A stretch of DNA of 60,342 bases from Aestuariivirga sp. (GCA_046160365.1 JBJXGL010000207.1:1-60342), one strand, 5' to 3'. Shown: positions 48,307 through 57,667, counted from the stretch's first letter. Notes: a model not told the origin generated them from the letters alone. Program-made: numbers and translations.

Positions 48307-49656
48307 ATGAACCTGTCGGTCATTGGAACAGGATATGTGGGGCTTGTGACGGGCGCCTGCCTGGCAAGCCTCGGCCACAAGGTCATTTGCGTCGACAAGA
48401 TCCAGTCGCGCGTGGAGATGATCCGCCGCGGCGAGGCGCCGTTCTTCGAGCCGGGCCTCGACAAGCTCGTCGCCGAGACCGTTGCGTCCGGCGCTCTAAC
48501 GGCGACAGTCGATTTGCAGGCCGCGGTGAACGCCACCGATGTCACGTTGATTGCCGTGGGCACGCCGGACCACGACGGCCACATCGACCTGTCGCAGATT
48601 ACCGCCGCGTCCACCGGCATCGGCGAAGCTCTGAGCTCGAAGTCCGCCTATCACGTCGTCGCGGTCAAGAGCACGGTCGTTCCAGGCACCACCGACGGTC
48701 CGGTCCTTCGCGCCGTTGAGAAATCCGCCGGCAAACCGGTCGGTGCCGGAATCGGCCTCTGCATGAATCCCGAGTTCCTGCGCGAGGGAACGGCGATCGA
48801 GGACTTCATGACGCCGGACCGGATTGTGATCGGCGCCAACGACGAACGCTCCGCCGCCGTCTTCGCCAAGCTGTACGAAAAGTTCGACTGCCCCAAAGTC
48901 GTCGTATCGCTGCGCAACGCCGAGTTCACCAAGTATGCGTCGAATGCCCTGCTTGCCACGTTGATTTCCTACTCGAACGAGCTTGCGGGCCTGTGCGAGG
49001 CAACCCCCGGCGCCGACCTCGAGACGGTGATGGACGGTTTGCATCTCGACAAACGGCTTTCGCCCGTCAGCGCCGGTCGGAGAATCAGACCAGGCATCCT
49101 TTCGTATTTGCGGCCGAGCAGCGGCTATGGCGGCAGCTGCCTGCCAAAGGACGTGGCGGCGCTTCGCGCTTTCGCCCGGGAAAGGCAGGTCGCAACACCC
49201 ATGCTCGACGCCGTGGCGGCCGTCAACGACCGGCGCCCCGACTCAGTCCTCGACATGGCCGAAGCGAGGATTGGCGGTTTTCGCGGCCGCAAGGTCGGTG
49301 TCCTAGGCCTGGCCTTCAAGTCGGGAACCGACGACTTGCGCTATTCACCCGCCGTGACCCTGGTGGAACATATCTGCCAACGTGGCGGCGAAGTGACAGT
49401 TTTCGATCCGGTGGCAACCCATTTGGCGAAGCCGATCTTCGGCGACCGAGTGGCCTACGCCAAGGACGCCTATGAGGCATTGCTCGGTTGCGATGTCGCC
49501 CTGATCGGCACCGGATGGCCCGATTGGCTCCAACTCGATTGGCAGCAAGCCAAGAACGCCATGCGAGGCAACTTCGTGTTCGATGCGCGAAATTCGCTTC
49601 GCGGCTTGAATTTGCCGGATGGTCTCGAGCGCCTGCAAATCGGTGCGGGTCCGTGA
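48307..49656 (+). CDS. NDP-sugar 6-dehydrogenase (UDP-glucose/GDP-mannose dehydrogenase family), second copy
   Basis: GTGYVGL, NPEFLREG, GYGGSCLPKD, FKSGTDDLR motifs. Confidence 0.93.
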   Translation: MNLSVIGTGYVGLVTGACLASLGHKVICVDKIQSRVEMIRRGEAPFFEPGLDKLVAETVASGALTATVDLQAAVNATDVTLIAVGTPDHDGHIDLSQITAASTGIGEALSSKSAYHVVAVKSTVVPGTTDGPVLRAVEKSAGKPVGAGIGLCMNPEFLREGTAIEDFMTPDRIVIGANDERSAAVFAKLYEKFDCPKVVVSLRNAEFTKYASNALLATLISYSNELAGLCEATPGADLETVMDGLHLDKRLSPVSAGRRIRPGILSYLRPSSGYGGSCLPKDVAALRAFARERQVATPMLDAVAAVNDRRPDSVLDMAEARIGGFRGRKVGVLGLAFKSGTDDLRYSPAVTLVEHICQRGGEVTVFDPVATHLAKPIFGDRVAYAKDAYEALLGCDVALIGTGWPDWLQLDWQQAKNAMRGNFVFDARNSLRGLNLPDGLERLQIGAGP

Positions 49657-49711
49657 TGCTTCGGAACTCTGCACTATCCCTCATCTAACTCCTACAACGG
49701 CACGGACCAGC

Positions 49712-50809
49712 ATGAAATTCTACTCGAAAGTCGTCGGCAACGATGTGGCCGCCCTCCTCGGCGATCTCCGCGAAGTCCTGCCGAAATTCTCCGGAACGAC
49801 CCTCCTGGTGACCGGCGCCAGCGGGTTTCTGATGAGCTATATCGTCGAAACGCTATTGGCCTGGAACGAGTCCGGCGCGGGTTCCGCGTGCCGCGTGATC
49901 GCCCTCGACAACTTCAAGACCGGCGTGCCGGATCGCCTCGCCCATCTCGAGGACATGCCGAACCTGTCGCTCGTGAAGCACGACATTTCTCAGCCGCTCG
50001 ATCCCGGCGAACCGGTGCACTGGATCGTTCATGGCGCGAGCATCGCATCCCCAATCGTTTACCGCCAGTTCCCGCTGGAAACGATCGACGCCAATGTCAA
50101 TGGCACGCGCCACTTGCTGGAGCTGGCGCGGGCGCAAAATGTCCGCGGCATGATCATCATGAGCACCAGCGAGATCTACGGCGATCCCCAGCCGGAGTTC
50201 ATCCCGACGCCGGAAGACTATCGCGGGTACGTGTCATGCACCGGCCCGCGCGCATGTTACGACGAATCGAAGCGGATGGCCGAAACGCTGGGCATGACCT
50301 ACCATCGCCTTTTCGGGACGCCCATCAAGATCATCCGGCCTTTTAATGTCTACGGTCCCGGCCTGCGGCTCGACGATCAGCGCGTGTTGCCGGATTTCAT
50401 CGGCCAGGTTCTCGACAACCGGCCGATCGAACTGCTGAGCAGCGGCGCGCCGACGCGGTCCTTCTGTTACATCCGCGATGCCACCGCGCTGATGCTGCGG
50501 GTGCTGGCCTCGGCGGCGGCCGGCGAACCCTTCAACGTCGGCAACGACGAGGCCGAGGTCTCGATGTCGAAACTCGCCGAACTCGTGGTGAGCGTCGGCG
50601 GAAAAACTCTTGGCCGGCCGGCCATATCGATCCGGCGGCGGGTCAGCGAAGACAAGGACTATCTTGTCGATAACCCGCAGCGCCGTTGCCCGGACCTGAC
50701 GAAATCGCGGAGCGCATTTCCGGATTGGTCGGCGAAGGTCGGCCTGGAAGAAGGCATCGCCCAAATCTTCAGGCATTTCGCGGAGAAACGTGGATTGCCG
50801 TCAAATTAA
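49712..50809 (+). CDS. NDP-glucuronate decarboxylase-like SDR (UXS family)
   Basis: ASIASP..Y, STSEIYGDP, GPRACYDESKR, PQRRCPD motifs characteristic of UDP-xylose synthases. Confidence 0.85.
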   Translation: MKFYSKVVGNDVAALLGDLREVLPKFSGTTLLVTGASGFLMSYIVETLLAWNESGAGSACRVIALDNFKTGVPDRLAHLEDMPNLSLVKHDISQPLDPGEPVHWIVHGASIASPIVYRQFPLETIDANVNGTRHLLELARAQNVRGMIIMSTSEIYGDPQPEFIPTPEDYRGYVSCTGPRACYDESKRMAETLGMTYHRLFGTPIKIIRPFNVYGPGLRLDDQRVLPDFIGQVLDNRPIELLSSGAPTRSFCYIRDATALMLRVLASAAAGEPFNVGNDEAEVSMSKLAELVVSVGGKTLGRPAISIRRRVSEDKDYLVDNPQRRCPDLTKSRSAFPDWSAKVGLEEGIAQIFRHFAEKRGLPSN

Positions 50810-50878
50810 CCTTGGCGGCGCGGGCAGGGCTCGCTCCGACGGGGAAGCAAAGCATTCAGCACAGTTGAGGAGAAGAAC

Positions 50879-52069
50879 ATGCGTGTACCATATGCCCTGA
50901 GCGTCAGCGGCGAGGAAGAAATCGCGGCGGTGACGGAAGTGCTGCGGTCGTCGACGCTCCCGGGCGCGAAGGTGAAGGAATTCGAAGGCAAGATCGCGGC
51001 GCTTTTTGGCAAGACGCGCGGCGTCATGGTGAACTCCGGCTCCTCCGCCCTACTGCTCGGCATCGCCGCGATGAACCTTCCGAAGGGCGCCGAGGTCATC
51101 ACGCCGGCGCTCACATTCTCGACAACGGTCGCGACGCAGGTTCAAAACGGCCTGGTGCCGGCGTTCGTCGACGTGGATCCGAAAACCCTCAACATCCGGA
51201 TCGAGAAGATCGAAGAAATGATCACGCCGGCCACCCGGGCGATGATCGTCCCGAACCTCATGGGCAACATTCCCGATTGGGACGCGCTCCGCGCCATCGC
51301 CGACAAACACAAGCTGCTTGTGCTGGAGGACAGTGCCGACACCCTCGATTCCAAGCTTCACGGCCGGCCCACCGGCCAGAGGGCCGATGTCTGCACCACG
51401 AGTTTCTACGGCGCGCACATCATCAACTGCGCCGGCAACGGCGGCCTCTTGTGCACCAACAGCGAGGAATTCGAGCACAACGCCAGGGTTCTGCGCGGCT
51501 GGGGCCGGCGGTCGTCGGTGTTTGCGGAATCGGAAAGTGTCAACGCGCGCTTCGGCATCGACATCGACGGGATTCCTTACGACGCCAAATACGTCTTCGA
51601 CATGATCGGCTACAACTTCGAGCCTTCCGAGATCGGCGCGGCGTTCGGCCTCATCCAGTACCAGCGCCTGCCAGGCTTCCTCAAGTCGCGCCAAGCAACG
51701 TTCGACCGCCACAAGGCGTTCTTCAAGACATACGAGGAGCACTTCGTGTTGCCGGAGATGATCCCAGGCGCCGACGTGACTTGGTACGCCTTCCCCCTGG
51801 TGGTCAGGGACAGCGCGCCGTTCAAGCGCAACGAGATGCAGATCTATTTCGAAGCGCGCGGTATTCAGACGCGCCCGATCTTCACTGGAAACATCCTGCG
51901 CCAGCCGGGCTTCAAGACCATACAGCGCCGCGAAAGCCGCGGCGGCTATCCCGACGCAGACCTCGTGACCCGGGGCGGCATCGTCATCGGCTGCCATCAG
52001 GGCCTCAGCGAGGCGCAGGTCGCGCACGTCTACGAGACCGCGGCGGCGTTCATCAAGAGCAAGGCATGA
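50879..52069 (+). CDS. DegT-fold NDP-4-keto-sugar 3-dehydratase-like protein (RfbH/ColD-like)
   Basis: VNSGSSA, LEDSADT, TSFYGAHII with His at the usual PLP-lysine position, TRPIFTGNILRQP. Confidence 0.8.
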   Translation: MRVPYALSVSGEEEIAAVTEVLRSSTLPGAKVKEFEGKIAALFGKTRGVMVNSGSSALLLGIAAMNLPKGAEVITPALTFSTTVATQVQNGLVPAFVDVDPKTLNIRIEKIEEMITPATRAMIVPNLMGNIPDWDALRAIADKHKLLVLEDSADTLDSKLHGRPTGQRADVCTTSFYGAHIINCAGNGGLLCTNSEEFEHNARVLRGWGRRSSVFAESESVNARFGIDIDGIPYDAKYVFDMIGYNFEPSEIGAAFGLIQYQRLPGFLKSRQATFDRHKAFFKTYEEHFVLPEMIPGADVTWYAFPLVVRDSAPFKRNEMQIYFEARGIQTRPIFTGNILRQPGFKTIQRRESRGGYPDADLVTRGGIVIGCHQGLSEAQVAHVYETAAAFIKSKA

Positions 52070-52119
52070 TGCCCGTTGCGGCTCCTCCGGGGCCGCGCAG
52101 AATCACGGAGACAACGAGA

Positions 52120-53349
52120 ATGGATCGACTGAACACTTGCCGCGCCTGTCTGGCTCCGAAGCCATTTCTGTTCCTGCCGCTCGGCGATCATGCGCCGGCC
52201 CAGATGCTGATCAGGCCCGAGGATATCGGCAAGCCGCAACCCGCCTACGGGCTCAACACGCAAGTCTGCTTGCATTGCGGCCTCATTCAGGTCGCCGATC
52301 AGATTCCGGCGGATTTCTTCCGGCACTACCTCTATGTGCCCTCGGGCGCGGCCACGATGCACACCCATTTCAGCGACTTCGCGGGCTTGCTCGCCAAGGA
52401 GGCCGGGAAAGCGGGATTGATCGTCGATATTGGCTGCAACGATGGCCTGCTGCTCGCAGCGTGCAATGGCCTCGGCGCCAAGACGCTCGGCATCGATCCG
52501 GCCGAGAACATCGCCGCGATGGCCAAATCCCGCGGAGTCGACGTCCACATCGCCTACTTCAATCCCGAAACGGCGGACGTGGTCCGCGAGAAACACGGAA
52601 CCGCCAAGGTCATCGTCGCCACCAATACCTTCAACCACATCGGCGACCTGCACACCTTCATGAAGGGCATCGCCATACTGCTGGCGGACGACGGCGCGTT
52701 CGTGATCGAAGTGCCGCGCGCCAAGGAAATGCTCGAAATCGCCGGCTTCGACAACATCTATCACGAACACGTATCGGAGTTCAGCCTGCTGTCGATGGTC
52801 AAGCTCGGCGCGTTCTTCGGCCTGGAGGTGACCGACGTCCACCGCCTGCCGCATATTCACGGCGGTTCGATGCGCGTGTTTTTCACCCGCGCCTCCGCCA
52901 AGCGCAAGGCAGCGCCGATCGTCAAGGAGATGCTCGACGAAGAAGCCAAGGCCGGCATGCTCGAGAAGTCAAGTTACGTGGAAATGGCGAAGCGCGTCGA
53001 CGCCATGGGAGATGAGCTTCGCGGCATACTCTCCGGCCTCAAGGCCAAGGGCCTCAAGATCGCGGGCTATGGCGCGTCGGCGCGCGGCAACACGGTCATC
53101 ACCTATTTTGGGATCGGCACCCAGTATCTCGATTTTCTGGTCGACAAGAATCCCCTAAAGCACGGCCTCTACTCGCCCAACACGCGCATACCGATCAAGC
53201 CCGTCGAAGCCATCGATACGGAGAAGCCTGATGTGCTGTTCGTGCTCGCCTGGAACTTCTTCGACGAAATCAAGCAGCAACAGGCGGCCTTTCTAGCGCG
53301 TGGCGGGAAATTCGTGGTGCCATTGCCGAAGCCGACTCTGGTGGAATGA
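52120..53349 (+). CDS. NDP-sugar C-methyltransferase
   Basis: Zn site CRAC...CLHC, DIGCNDG, IYHEH, HGGSMR, GYGASARG, LAWNF motifs; alternative start at 52066. Confidence 0.9.
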   Translation: MDRLNTCRACLAPKPFLFLPLGDHAPAQMLIRPEDIGKPQPAYGLNTQVCLHCGLIQVADQIPADFFRHYLYVPSGAATMHTHFSDFAGLLAKEAGKAGLIVDIGCNDGLLLAACNGLGAKTLGIDPAENIAAMAKSRGVDVHIAYFNPETADVVREKHGTAKVIVATNTFNHIGDLHTFMKGIAILLADDGAFVIEVPRAKEMLEIAGFDNIYHEHVSEFSLLSMVKLGAFFGLEVTDVHRLPHIHGGSMRVFFTRASAKRKAAPIVKEMLDEEAKAGMLEKSSYVEMAKRVDAMGDELRGILSGLKAKGLKIAGYGASARGNTVITYFGIGTQYLDFLVDKNPLKHGLYSPNTRIPIKPVEAIDTEKPDVLFVLAWNFFDEIKQQQAAFLARGGKFVVPLPKPTLVE

Positions 53350-54326
53350 GCCAGAATCCACCCCGGTCGAACGCCATGGCACGTGTCCTCATCTTCGGCG
53401 GTACCGGCTTCATAGGCTCCCATCTCGCCAGGCACTGCCTGGAGCAGGGTGACCGCGTAGTGATCGCCGCCAGGCGGCAGTCGAATTCGTGGCGGCTCGC
53501 GGACGTGCTCGATAGCGTCGTCATTCACCCGGTAAGCCTGTTAGACCAGACGGCCATCGCGAGACTGTTCGACGAGGTGCGGCCGGATCACGTCTACTAT
53601 CTCGTCGCCCAAGCCAAGCGGCCGCCCGAACGGAGTTTCTCCGATGTCGTTGACAGCATCGGCGAGGACCTGATGAGTTTGGTCAATGTGATGTCGGCCG
53701 CCGCCACTGCCGCTCCCAAATCCTTCGTCAGGGCCGGTTCCCTGGCCGAATACGGCAATGGCCCGGCGCCATTTCTCGAATCCCAGCGCGAGAAGCCCCT
53801 GAATGCCTACGGCGCTTCCATGGCGGCCGGCACGCACTTCGCGCAGATGATGCAGCCGCGGCTATCCTATCCGGCCATTCATGCCCGCCTCGCCCTGTGT
53901 TACGGTCCCGGCCAGTCCAGCGAATTTCTGATCCCGGCGCTGATCCAAAATTGCATGGCCGGACAGCCAACCGTTATCCGACGTCCCAACGACAGACGCG
54001 ACCTCATCTACGTGATGGATGTGGTGACCGGGCTCCGCAAGCTGGCGAACGCTCCGCTTCCAGGCGGAACCGTGGTGAACCTCGCCACCGGAATAGCTCC
54101 GGCCATGATCGAAGTCGCCAGGGAAGTCGTGCGGGTGCTTGGAGGGAGGCAGAAACAGATCGTAATCGATGAGGCCCCTGCCCAACCCGATACAACGAGT
54201 TATCTCTGTGGCTCTGCCGCCTTGGCGCGCCAGCTGATTGACTGGCGGCCGGAGACCGGTTTCGCCGAGGGCTTGCAACGCACTTTGAACGCGATCAAGA
54301 AAGACACGAGTACGGTGGTGACATGA
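53346..54326 (+). CDS. NAD-dependent epimerase/4-reductase SDR (CDP-abequose/paratose synthase-like)
   Basis: GGTGFIG, GSLAEYG, YGPGQ, RDLIYV.DV motifs; the YxxxK motif reads YGASM. Confidence 0.82.
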   Translation: MSQNPPRSNAMARVLIFGGTGFIGSHLARHCLEQGDRVVIAARRQSNSWRLADVLDSVVIHPVSLLDQTAIARLFDEVRPDHVYYLVAQAKRPPERSFSDVVDSIGEDLMSLVNVMSAAATAAPKSFVRAGSLAEYGNGPAPFLESQREKPLNAYGASMAAGTHFAQMMQPRLSYPAIHARLALCYGPGQSSEFLIPALIQNCMAGQPTVIRRPNDRRDLIYVMDVVTGLRKLANAPLPGGTVVNLATGIAPAMIEVAREVVRVLGGRQKQIVIDEAPAQPDTTSYLCGSAALARQLIDWRPETGFAEGLQRTLNAIKKDTSTVVT

Positions 54327-55330
54327 ATTCTTCCGGCAAGACGCTCGTCTCGATCTTGGTTCCAGCCTTCAACGAAGAAGAAAACGTCGAGCGCGCATAC
54401 TCCGCCATCGTCGATGTCCTTCGCGGCCTGCCGGACTATGACTACGAAATCATCGTTACCGACAATCACTCGACCGACGGGACTTTCAAGCTGTTGAAGG
54501 AAATCGCCGCTCGCGATCCCAAGGTACGGGTTATCCGCTTCTCGCGAAACTATGGCTATGAAAGATCGCTGCTGGTGGCCTATCAACATGCCACCGGCGC
54601 CTGTTCGGTCCAGATCGATTGCGATCTCCAGGACCCGCCGCATCATATTCCCCACATGCTCGAACTCTGGCGCCAAGGCAACGAGGTGGTGTACGGCGTT
54701 CGAAAGTCGCTGCCCGACGGATTCGTGATCCGTTGGTTGCGCCGGGCTTTCTACTCATGCATGCGCCTTGTCAGCGAAGACGATTTGCCGCTCAATGCCG
54801 GCGAATTCAGGCTTGTCGACGCCCGCATTCTGCGGGAGTTGCGCAGGGTCGACGATACGTCCCCCTATGTTCGCGGCCTCATCAGCTCGATGGGATTCTC
54901 CCAAGTCGGCTTCGAATATGACCGTGCCGCGCGCGTCGCCGGCACCAGCAAATTTCCGTTCAAAGCCTTGCTCGCCCTCGCCATCGACGGCGTCCTCAAT
55001 CACTCCCTGCTTCCCCTCCGGCTGGCATCCACTCTCAGCTTGCTTTTCGGAACGCTGACCTTTCTTCTCATCTTCGTCTATGTGATCGGAAGTTTCGTGT
55101 TGGGACAGGACTGGCCGGCCGGCTTCACGACCACGACCGTCCTGCTGCTGATTTCCATCACCTTGAATGCCATGTTCCTTGGCATCGTCGGCGAGTACCT
55201 GGGCCGCGTGTTCATGCAATCGAAAAAACGCCCGGTTCCGATCGTCCAGGCCTCGCTCAACTTCGGCGACGACGCGGCGCAGGTCGGCGCCAATCGCTCA
55301 AGGCCGCCCTCCAAGGCAAAAACGCCATGA
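54323..55330 (+). CDS. GT2 bactoprenol glycosyltransferase (GtrB/ArnC-like)
   Basis: VPAFNEEEN, DNHSTDGT, SRNYG, DCDLQDPP, two C-terminal TMs, GEYLGR. Confidence 0.92.
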   Translation: MNSSGKTLVSILVPAFNEEENVERAYSAIVDVLRGLPDYDYEIIVTDNHSTDGTFKLLKEIAARDPKVRVIRFSRNYGYERSLLVAYQHATGACSVQIDCDLQDPPHHIPHMLELWRQGNEVVYGVRKSLPDGFVIRWLRRAFYSCMRLVSEDDLPLNAGEFRLVDARILRELRRVDDTSPYVRGLISSMGFSQVGFEYDRAARVAGTSKFPFKALLALAIDGVLNHSLLPLRLASTLSLLFGTLTFLLIFVYVIGSFVLGQDWPAGFTTTTVLLLISITLNAMFLGIVGEYLGRVFMQSKKRPVPIVQASLNFGDDAAQVGANRSRPPSKAKTP

Positions 55331-55755
55331 CCGGACATGGCCGGCGGGTCGCGGCGCTCTTGCAGACGGGGCCCGCGTTTCTACGCTTCGCGACGGTCGG
55401 AGCCATCACGACCCTGCTCGATCTCGCGCTTTTCGCCGCTTTCACCGGAATTGGCCATCTGGCCCCCGCCGCGGCCAACATCATGTCCTACTGTTGCGGC
55501 ATCGCCGCGAGTTTCGTGTTGAACCGGAATTGGACATTCAACCGCGCCGGCGGTGCCGGCCCCGCTTTCCACGAAGCCATCAAGTTCGCGCTCACCTACG
55601 GCGCCGGGCTAGTTCTATCGACGATACTTGTTTACCTGCTCGCCCAAGCGATGCCAGCGCTGATCGCCAAGATCGTATCGGTGCCCATTGTACTGGTCTG
55701 GAACTTTGGCATGGCGCGCCACTGGGTCTTCAAGCGCGACACCAGTGGTTCGTGA
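55327..55755 (+). CDS. GtrA-family flippase
   Basis: LRFATVG, SFVLNRNWTF, WNF...WVF motifs; four TMs. Confidence 0.9.
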   Translation: MTGHGRRVAALLQTGPAFLRFATVGAITTLLDLALFAAFTGIGHLAPAAANIMSYCCGIAASFVLNRNWTFNRAGGAGPAFHEAIKFALTYGAGLVLSTILVYLLAQAMPALIAKIVSVPIVLVWNFGMARHWVFKRDTSGS

Positions 55756-55762
55756 CCGGTTA

Positions 55763-56940
55763 TACCAACTCCGGCTGATCACGTCGTATTTTCCTGGCGC
55801 GGCCACCAATGGAAGAGGGTTGATGCACGGATGGCTTCTGTCTGCCGAGTGAGTTCGATGCATCGCTGGCCTGCGGCGTTGTCGAGATCTTGCAGGGTTT
55901 CGAAGCAGCGGTTAGCGAGGGGTTGGTCGAGGAACTCCCAAAGATGCTCGGCGGGCTGCAGTTCGGGGCTATGGGCTGGCTGGAACACCAGCCTGAGGCC
56001 GGAAGGAACGGCGAGATTTTCTGGTCCGTGCCAGCCGGCATTGTCGAGCTGCAGCACGATGCGCTTGGCGGGACCTGCGCCAACAGATTTGGCGAAGTCG
56101 GCAAGCATGAGTTCGAACATCTCCTTGGAGATGGCTTCGGCGATGTTCCAGACCGTCCTGCCGGTTGCGGGCTCGACGAAACCCGCCACGTAGAGCCACT
56201 CGAAACGGTGATGGCCAAGCGCGATAGGGCGCTGGCCGATGGGCGCCCAGACGCCCCTGGTGATCGGCTTCAGGCCAATCCGGTGCTCATCCATCGTCCA
56301 CAGTTCGACGCTCGCCTGCGGATGCTGACGCTGTTCTTCAGACGCCGCATCCTCGAGGTTTTTTGAGCGCTTGACGGTCTTCTTCCGTGGCCGCTTGCGG
56401 ATGCCGGGGCCTGGGCTTCTGGACCGAATAACCAATCGCCACCAGCGCATCCCAGCCGCGTTGATCGTGCACCGGCTGCAGGCCATGAAAGTCCGCCAGC
56501 CAACGCGCCACCTTCGGCCCACTCCACATACCGCCATCCGGCGGTGCAGTGGTGATGCGCTGCTTGAGCGCGGCCAAGGCTTCTGGCGTCAGAATGCGCG
56601 GCTTCGCGCCATTGCCTGCCCGCAAGTCGGCAAGTGCTCCAGGACCCTTCTCGTTGTAGTGCTTGATCAGCGTGTGAACCCAGCGCGTCGAGAATGACAA
56701 AAGCCCGGCAACTTCGGCGGCGGCGTAGTCCTCCGACACCAGCCATAGCGCATGGAAATGGTTCTTGGCCACCGGATCGGCCGCCGCCTTGTAGGCGCTT
56801 TCAAGTTCGGCGCTGCTCATGTGGGGCGTAAGTGTCGTCATGATCACCTTCCGAGAGTCGAATCATGACGTGCCAAACTACCCGCTTCGTGACCACTGCG
56901 GAATCCCGCTCGCAGTCGATTCAATCAACCGGAGTCGGTA
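55763..56940 (-). mobile_element. IS630-family element
   Basis: 17-bp IRs TACCAACTCCGGCTGAT / ATCAACCGGAGTCGGTA (15/17). Confidence 0.92.
55779..56841 (-). CDS. IS630 transposase, orfA/orfB joined by a programmed -1 frameshift
   Basis: HTH orfA, slippery A-AAA-AAC around 56358-56364, then MDEHR...LDNAGWH...SPELQPAE. Confidence 0.9.
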
Positions 56941-57329
56941 TCACGCATCGCTCGTATTCCTTGGCGGTGCTGGGCTTGCAATGAAACGGCACATACTCGG
57001 CAAGGAATCGCTCGCAGAGGCTCCTGACCGTGATCGATTGCCGGATCGAATCTTTCGCCTCGCTTGGTTTCTCGCCCGCAGCGAGTTGAGAGATGATCCC
57101 CTTGGCCTTCATCCGGGCGAGTTCCGGCGTGATGGTGCCATGAGGTCCGATGGTGAAGCGCTTCAGGACACCGCGATATCGCATCGAGACGAATTAGGTT
57201 TTGCGTCCTGAGGCACGAACGCGCATGCCAAATCCCTTGAGGTCGTCGTCAACGAAATCGAGATCTCCAGACCCTGGCTTGAGATCATCGACGACGCGCT
57301 TGGATATGCGTCTAGCCTTTAAACTGCAT
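56941..57329 (-). pseudogene. Tyrosine integrase remnant (arm-binding DUF4102-type N-terminus only)
   Basis: RISKRVVDDLKP...DDDLKGFGMRV..SGRKT*F...RFTIGPHG..T...AR; in-frame TAA at 57196-57194; cut by IS630; no catalytic domain in the window. Confidence 0.88.
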
Positions 57330-57355
57330 CTCCCACACGAACCTGAAGGTCATTC

Positions 57356-57375
57356 TGGGCAACATATAGGTAACA
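57356..57375 (+). repeat. Putative integrase arm-type binding sites, right
   Basis: TGGGCAACATA-TAGGTAACA, resembling 7656-7675. Confidence 0.6.
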
Positions 57376-57506
57376 GTTGGACGTGAAAACCCGCGCACCG
57401 AAATGCAATTGGCTGCACCCATGAACGCATTTTACATCAATAGAATCAGATTGTTAGAGAATGGCCATGAGATCGCGTGAAACGCGCGGATTTAGGCCTG
57501 ACCGCT

Positions 57507-57551
57507 CTCATGATCTGAAGGTCGTCAGTTCAAATCTAGCTCCCGCAACCA
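57507..57551 (+). repeat. att site (displaced 3' half of tRNA-Met)
   Basis: CTCATGATCTGAAGGTCGTCAGTTCAAATCTAGCTCCCGCAACCA; three mismatches to 7542-7586; no tRNA 5' half upstream. Confidence 0.93.
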
Positions 57552-57553
57552 AC

Positions 57554-57594
57554 AAACCCCTGAGATCACGAAAAGATCTCAGGGGTTTCGTTTT
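57554..57594 (+). terminator. Intrinsic terminator, probably the original tRNA terminator
   Basis: 14-bp perfect stem AAACCCCTGAGATC / GATCTCAGGGGTTT followed by CGTTTT. Confidence 0.85.
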
Positions 57595-57667
57595 CGTGCG
57601 AGGGAACGGAACGCGGCCATTCTCGCCAGTACCCATTTGCCACACGTCATGAACTCCGATCCAAGCC

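Larger units (their letters stand above)
7587..57551. mobile_element. ~50 kb degenerate genomic island (integrative element) at tRNA-Met
   Basis: tRNA 3' half duplicated at the distal end; integrase remnant next to the distal att; XRE and DUF736 remnants; several IS; polysaccharide cargo. Confidence 0.92.

Noticed and set aside
51277-52119. Apparent 690-aa methyltransferase fusion
   Set aside because: The extension is an off-frame read of the upstream dehydratase gene; the real domain starts at MDRLNTCRAC
57507-57551. Second tRNA-Met gene
   Set aside because: Only the 3' half is present; it is the att duplication
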